This document shows positions 39,400-43,528 of a stretch of DNA of 43,528 bases, in pieces. Source of the DNA: Seison nebaliae (Eukaryota); NCBI GenBank assembly GCA_023231475.1, contig JALJEE010002645.1, positions 1-43,528 of the forward strand, written 5' to 3'. A program made the translations under genes and the position numbers. The notes under the pieces were generated by a model. That model had not been told where the DNA came from. It saw only the letters and a list, made by a program, of their open reading frames with translations, and ran no database searches. The first letter of the stretch is position 1. Each line of letters opens with the position of its first letter.

Positions 39400-40850
39400 A
39401 TTATTCACGTTTATTCAAATAATTCAAAAATATATATATAATTATTATAGAAAATATTCCAAAGAAGTATTTTGGAAGTTAAATACTAACGTTTATTTGC
39501 AACGATTGAAGATGGATCTACTGATTTCAAAACGGAATTCGTTCCAACTTATTGAACGACCTTTGAAATCATGTTGACAAGTGTCGTAGTGTCCCCATTG
39601 AGAATAGAAGTGAACATTGCTTGCATTGCTGCTTGTAGATTCACAATGAACTTCATTGGAATTTTGAATGACGATTGCTTCATGCTACTACACGGTCCAT
39701 TAGTTTTTCCGTCAACACCGAACTGAGCAACACCGAGCAATATAACATTATCAAGAGTAAAATCCCATGACCATGAGCAAAAGAGTAAACGAAATTAATT
39801 TTTTTAATAATTAATTATTCCATTAAGATATATTCTATGAATCGAAGGAATATTTCTTAATAATACTTGTTCTGGAACAGGGACATTTTTAAAATTATTT
39901 ATCTAATTTATGAATTTACCAATTTTCCGAAAAATCATAATTTACAACACCAGAAGCGTTATGATATGTAAGTCGCGAAGCGAGAGGAATGTTGGAGAAC
40001 GAACGAACGTCAGCATTTCGATTCGTTTATAGTAATTCCTCTTTCAGCAAGAAGACGAGATGTACGTAGATAGGATTTCTTCGAATAGCGAAGGGAACGA
40101 TGCATGATCATGCAATCGTCAGCACATGCCATAACATGTGGAAATAAGAAATTGCCAAAGGCGATACTATTACCTTCGTTAAGTTCGCGGAGGACGCCCT
40201 CAATAGCCAATCCAAATAACCAGGGACGTAGAATCGTACCTTGACGGACTCCTGAATTAATTTGGAAGGGTAGCGATCACCGTGAACAACGCATCCAGAG
40301 GAATTGCAGGAGAGATGTGCGAGAAAAATTGAGGATAGAATATGGGACGTGTGGACGCACAAGGTAATCAAAAACATAAGAAATGTTAACGGAATCGAAT
40401 GTCTTTGTAACATCAAGGAAGAGAAAAATGTAAGGAAAATTTCATTTCCTTGGCAATACTTATAGCCCAACGGAGAATAGAGGATAGGTGACATGACATG
40501 ATGATCGATAAGCGAATTGGTAGGATGACGAAAAGAGTACATTCCGATATCGGATCAAAATGAGGTTCTCGAATACATTCAGTAGGAACGAAAGAGTGCA
40601 GATCGGTCTATATGAAATTAGCGAGGTTTGATCAATATTCGGTTTCTTCAGAATTGGAATAATTTTGAAGAGGAGCGAGATGGAAAAGAACTGATGATGA
40701 GAAAGAATCAAATTTACGGAATCAGTAAGGCCGGTTACGAGAGATGGAAGTAAGTGTTGCACTAATTTAATGCAAACATTATCGAAACCGTGAGCCTTAG
40801 TACCGTCGAGTGCACCAAGAATCTGTGCACTTTTAAGTCCGCTCAAATAC
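39400..40850 (-). mobile_element. Decayed, 5'-truncated LINE, copy B (RT fragments), related to but diverged from copy A
   Basis: KAHGFDNVC; KIIPILKK; SYRPICTLSFLLNVFE; YQFAYR; GVRQGTILRPWLFGLAI; MACADD; GITINESKC, spread over several frames. The 3' limit is approximate. Confidence 0.85.
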
Positions 40851-41228
40851 CTGCATATTTTGCGCTATAAATTGCATGAAAAGTATTGGTTCAGTATTTC
40901 CAAAATCGTTGAAAATTTACACATGGGGGTTTTCGATGGTGACGATTTTAAAAAATCAAACCACGATTTAAAATAGTTTTTTGAATAAATCGACTTTGAA
41001 TAAATTTTGTTTAATTATAAATGAAAATTTTTTAAATTCTCAATTTAAATATTCGTTGTGGATGTTGCAAAATAAATAATGAAACCGTGTATAAAGCTTT
41101 CATAAAAATGAAACAAATAATAAATAAATTGAGTTATCAGGAAAAAATTTGGAGAACCATAGTCGATATTAATGAAAGTATAATTATCAAATTCAGTTTA
41201 TAATCCATTTCTTTCAATGCAATTATTC

Positions 41229-43336
41229 CTAATTTGCTAGTTGTTCTGTAAGGTCGTCGACTTCAGCATTCAATTTCCTTATTTGTTTCCTTAGCGCTTT
41301 GTTATCGTTTTCATAGTCTTCGAAAATTACTGCATGATCTTCTATATGAGATATCGCCTTCCTCTTTTTTTTCTTGAACTTTCCTGTAGCGTTTCTTATG
41401 CTTTCATTAAGTGTTTCTATTATATTTACTTTTTTAGTTATTTTTTCAGTTTTCGCTTGTGCAGTAATTTCCAAACCGATGATTTCACCTTCAATATCAA
41501 GAATATCGCTAAGTAAATTTCCATTTACAAATATTAGGTTTGTATTTTCAGAAATTAGTCGTTTTTCTTCTTCATCTTCTTCGGTTTCTGTGTTTTGGAG
41601 TGTTATTATACTTTTCTCTTGTTCATTTATTGTTGATCGTTTTTCGATTAACTCTGTACTTTGGCTGTCTACTGTTGCTTTTAATCCTTTTAGTTTCACA
41701 ACCTCTTCGTTGTTCTCCATGGCTAATGATTCTATTCTTTTCTGTTCTTCATTTACTTCGGCTTCTTTTTGTGATAGTTTCGTAGATAACTCATTATCTG
41801 TTTCGTTATGTGATTGTTGTTCTTCACTTAACTCGTTTTGTACAGCGTTCAAAGCTCTTTCTTGATCATCTTTTAATTCAGCTTCCTCATCTTCCAATGA
41901 TTGTACTTGTTCTTCCAGTTGCCTAAAAAAAGAAAGGTGTAAAATATAATTACAGGTTTCCTTCACAAAATTCTATGTCGGCTTAGTAAATGTTATGTAT
42001 TGCTAATACGTATAATTTTTTTGTTTTACATATAAAAGCCAAATATGAGAAAAGATATTCAACCTGATAAATTCAGAATAATCGGATACCGTTTGTGTCG
42101 ATGGTTTTAAGGTACTACTAGTACTTGTTGCTTTCTTTATAGATGAGGTGGAAGTGGATAGAGATGTAGATGTTGAAGTAGTTGTGGATGTTGAAGTAGT
42201 TGTGGATGTTGAAGTAGATGTGGATGTTGAAGTAGATGTGGATGTTGAAGTGGATGTAGACGTAGAACCAGATGTGGAAGTGGATGTTGAAGTAGATGTA
42301 GATGTGGAACTAGACGTGGATGTAGAAGTAGACGTGGAAGTAGAGGTGGAAGTAGATGTAGAGGTGAAAGTAGATGTGGATGTTGAATTAGACCGAATAG
42401 AACCAGAAGTGTACGATATGGAGATAGGCGAATTGGTAGATATAGAAATGCCAATAGAAGAAGAATCTAAAAATTATTTTAAAATTTAAATATTTTACGA
42501 ATAAACAACTAACCAAGAGAAGTTTCGTCAAATTCTATTTCTGGCATGCTTGTTGACGCTATTTCATCCGTTTTAAAATCCATCGTGCTCGGAATCGTTT
42601 CAATTTCACTCGTTGATAATTCAGAATTAATCGACGATGGTAGAGGTGAAGTTAAACCTAATTTCAAATAAACACAATATTACTCTCATATCAATCGGAA
42701 AAATTTCCCTAACTTAAGAGATTTGTACAATATTCAAATGGATCTATAGTCGAAGAAATTTTGGTCGAACTATCTGCCATTATAGAAGTTGATTCTTTTG
42801 GTATGTCAACTGGTTCTTCATCTGCTGGTGCTTCGATTATAAAGTTGTCTGTAGTTGCTGGTGGTGATGTCGTGTCTGTAGACAATTTTGGATGTTTCGA
42901 TATGGTAAAAATAGAAAAATTTGTAGAATTTGACGTCTGATTTATTGATGTTAATGTTACATCTATGCTGAATATTGAGAATAATTACTTAATTCTTATG
43001 TAATTAATCAAATAAATTTGTAACGTTGATTGTATTGTAGATTTGCCAGTAGTCGTTGTATTAGTTGAATTAACCGGAATAGTAGTTTTGGTTCTAAAAA
43101 GAATATCGAAAATTGGAAATTTAGTTCTTCATATAATATTAACATGCTAGCTGGCTCATTTGCATCACTGGAGAATAAGCCAGTTGTTAGAGCTACGGTT
43201 GGTGCTATAATGATTGTAGCCAAAATTAGAAAACCGATTATGATCCAAACAACAGGAAGAATTTGTTTCTGTCTGAAAAACAAAATCTCATTTTTTATTC
43301 TTATAAAAGTAATAACTTTTTTTCCTGAGACGCCAT
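41229..43336 (-). CDS. Orphan type II membrane protein: short cytosolic tail, TM helix, Ser/Thr mucin-like stalk, C-terminal coiled coil; 7 exons, 570 aa
   Basis: MASQEKK|QKQILPVVWIIIGFLILATIIIAPTVAL..., then S/T-rich exons, an (ST)n repeat and an acidic heptad-rich last exon. Introns 43273-43316, 43094-43143, 42968-43024, 42658-42713, 42467-42513, 41923-42063. Exons sum to 1713 nt, in frame without stops. Confidence 0.8.
42140..42390 (-). repeat. Degenerate hexamer coding repeat (TCN ACN)n encoding (Ser-Thr)n
   Basis: The + strand shows gatgttgaagta/gatgtg units. The minus-strand frame reads STSTSTST with free third-position variation. Confidence 0.9.
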
Positions 43337-43528
43337 CGGAAAATCGTAAATGAAATTAATGACGGTAACAAATTTTTGGGATAATCCAATTGAAATTTAG
43401 TGTTGCACTATTCAAATATTCTTTTTATAATGAACAAGCAAAATATTAGGCGAACGTTGATATAGGGAGGAGAAGAGCTCCATTGTCCATAACTTACATC
43501 CTATCATTTATCATTAATGACATTGTTA

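Noticed and set aside
42140..42390. Repeat array considered as possible CRISPR
   Set aside because: No unique spacers, no cas genes, eukaryotic context; it is a coding hexamer repeat.
42137..42489. ORFs reading (VDVE)n on + and (LLQHPH)n on -
   Set aside because: Alternative frames of the (Ser-Thr)n exon. Only the ST frame joins the flanking exons and has wobble-position variation.

Overview
AT-rich eukaryotic (metazoan-type) genomic DNA using the standard genetic code, with very short introns that fragment the ORF track. Manual exon assembly gives: a partial ORF at the left edge; an intronless membrane-anchored GalT/HIT-fold protein; a 21-exon BLTP3/UHRF1BP1 gene; intronless RPS2; a PDZ + 3-LIM (Zasp/Enigma) gene; an SLC7/LAT amino-acid transporter; and a ~2,420-aa N/Q-expanded ZMIZ gene. 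These are followed by ~8 kb of non-coding DNA, a degenerate intron-containing Merlin (IS1595/ISXO2-like) transposase, two decayed head-to-tail LINE copies, and an orphan type II membrane mucin/coiled-coil gene. The main signal is the splice code. 43 of 44 hand-inferred introns, on both strands and including the transposon, begin GTT rather than GTRAG. +5G and -1G are mostly absent, AAG acceptors are frequent, and 37 of 44 introns are 34-63 nt. This points to a rewired 5' splice-site recognition system. All intron calls come from reading-frame and remembered-homology reasoning and lack transcript evidence. The organism cannot be identified from the sequence alone.
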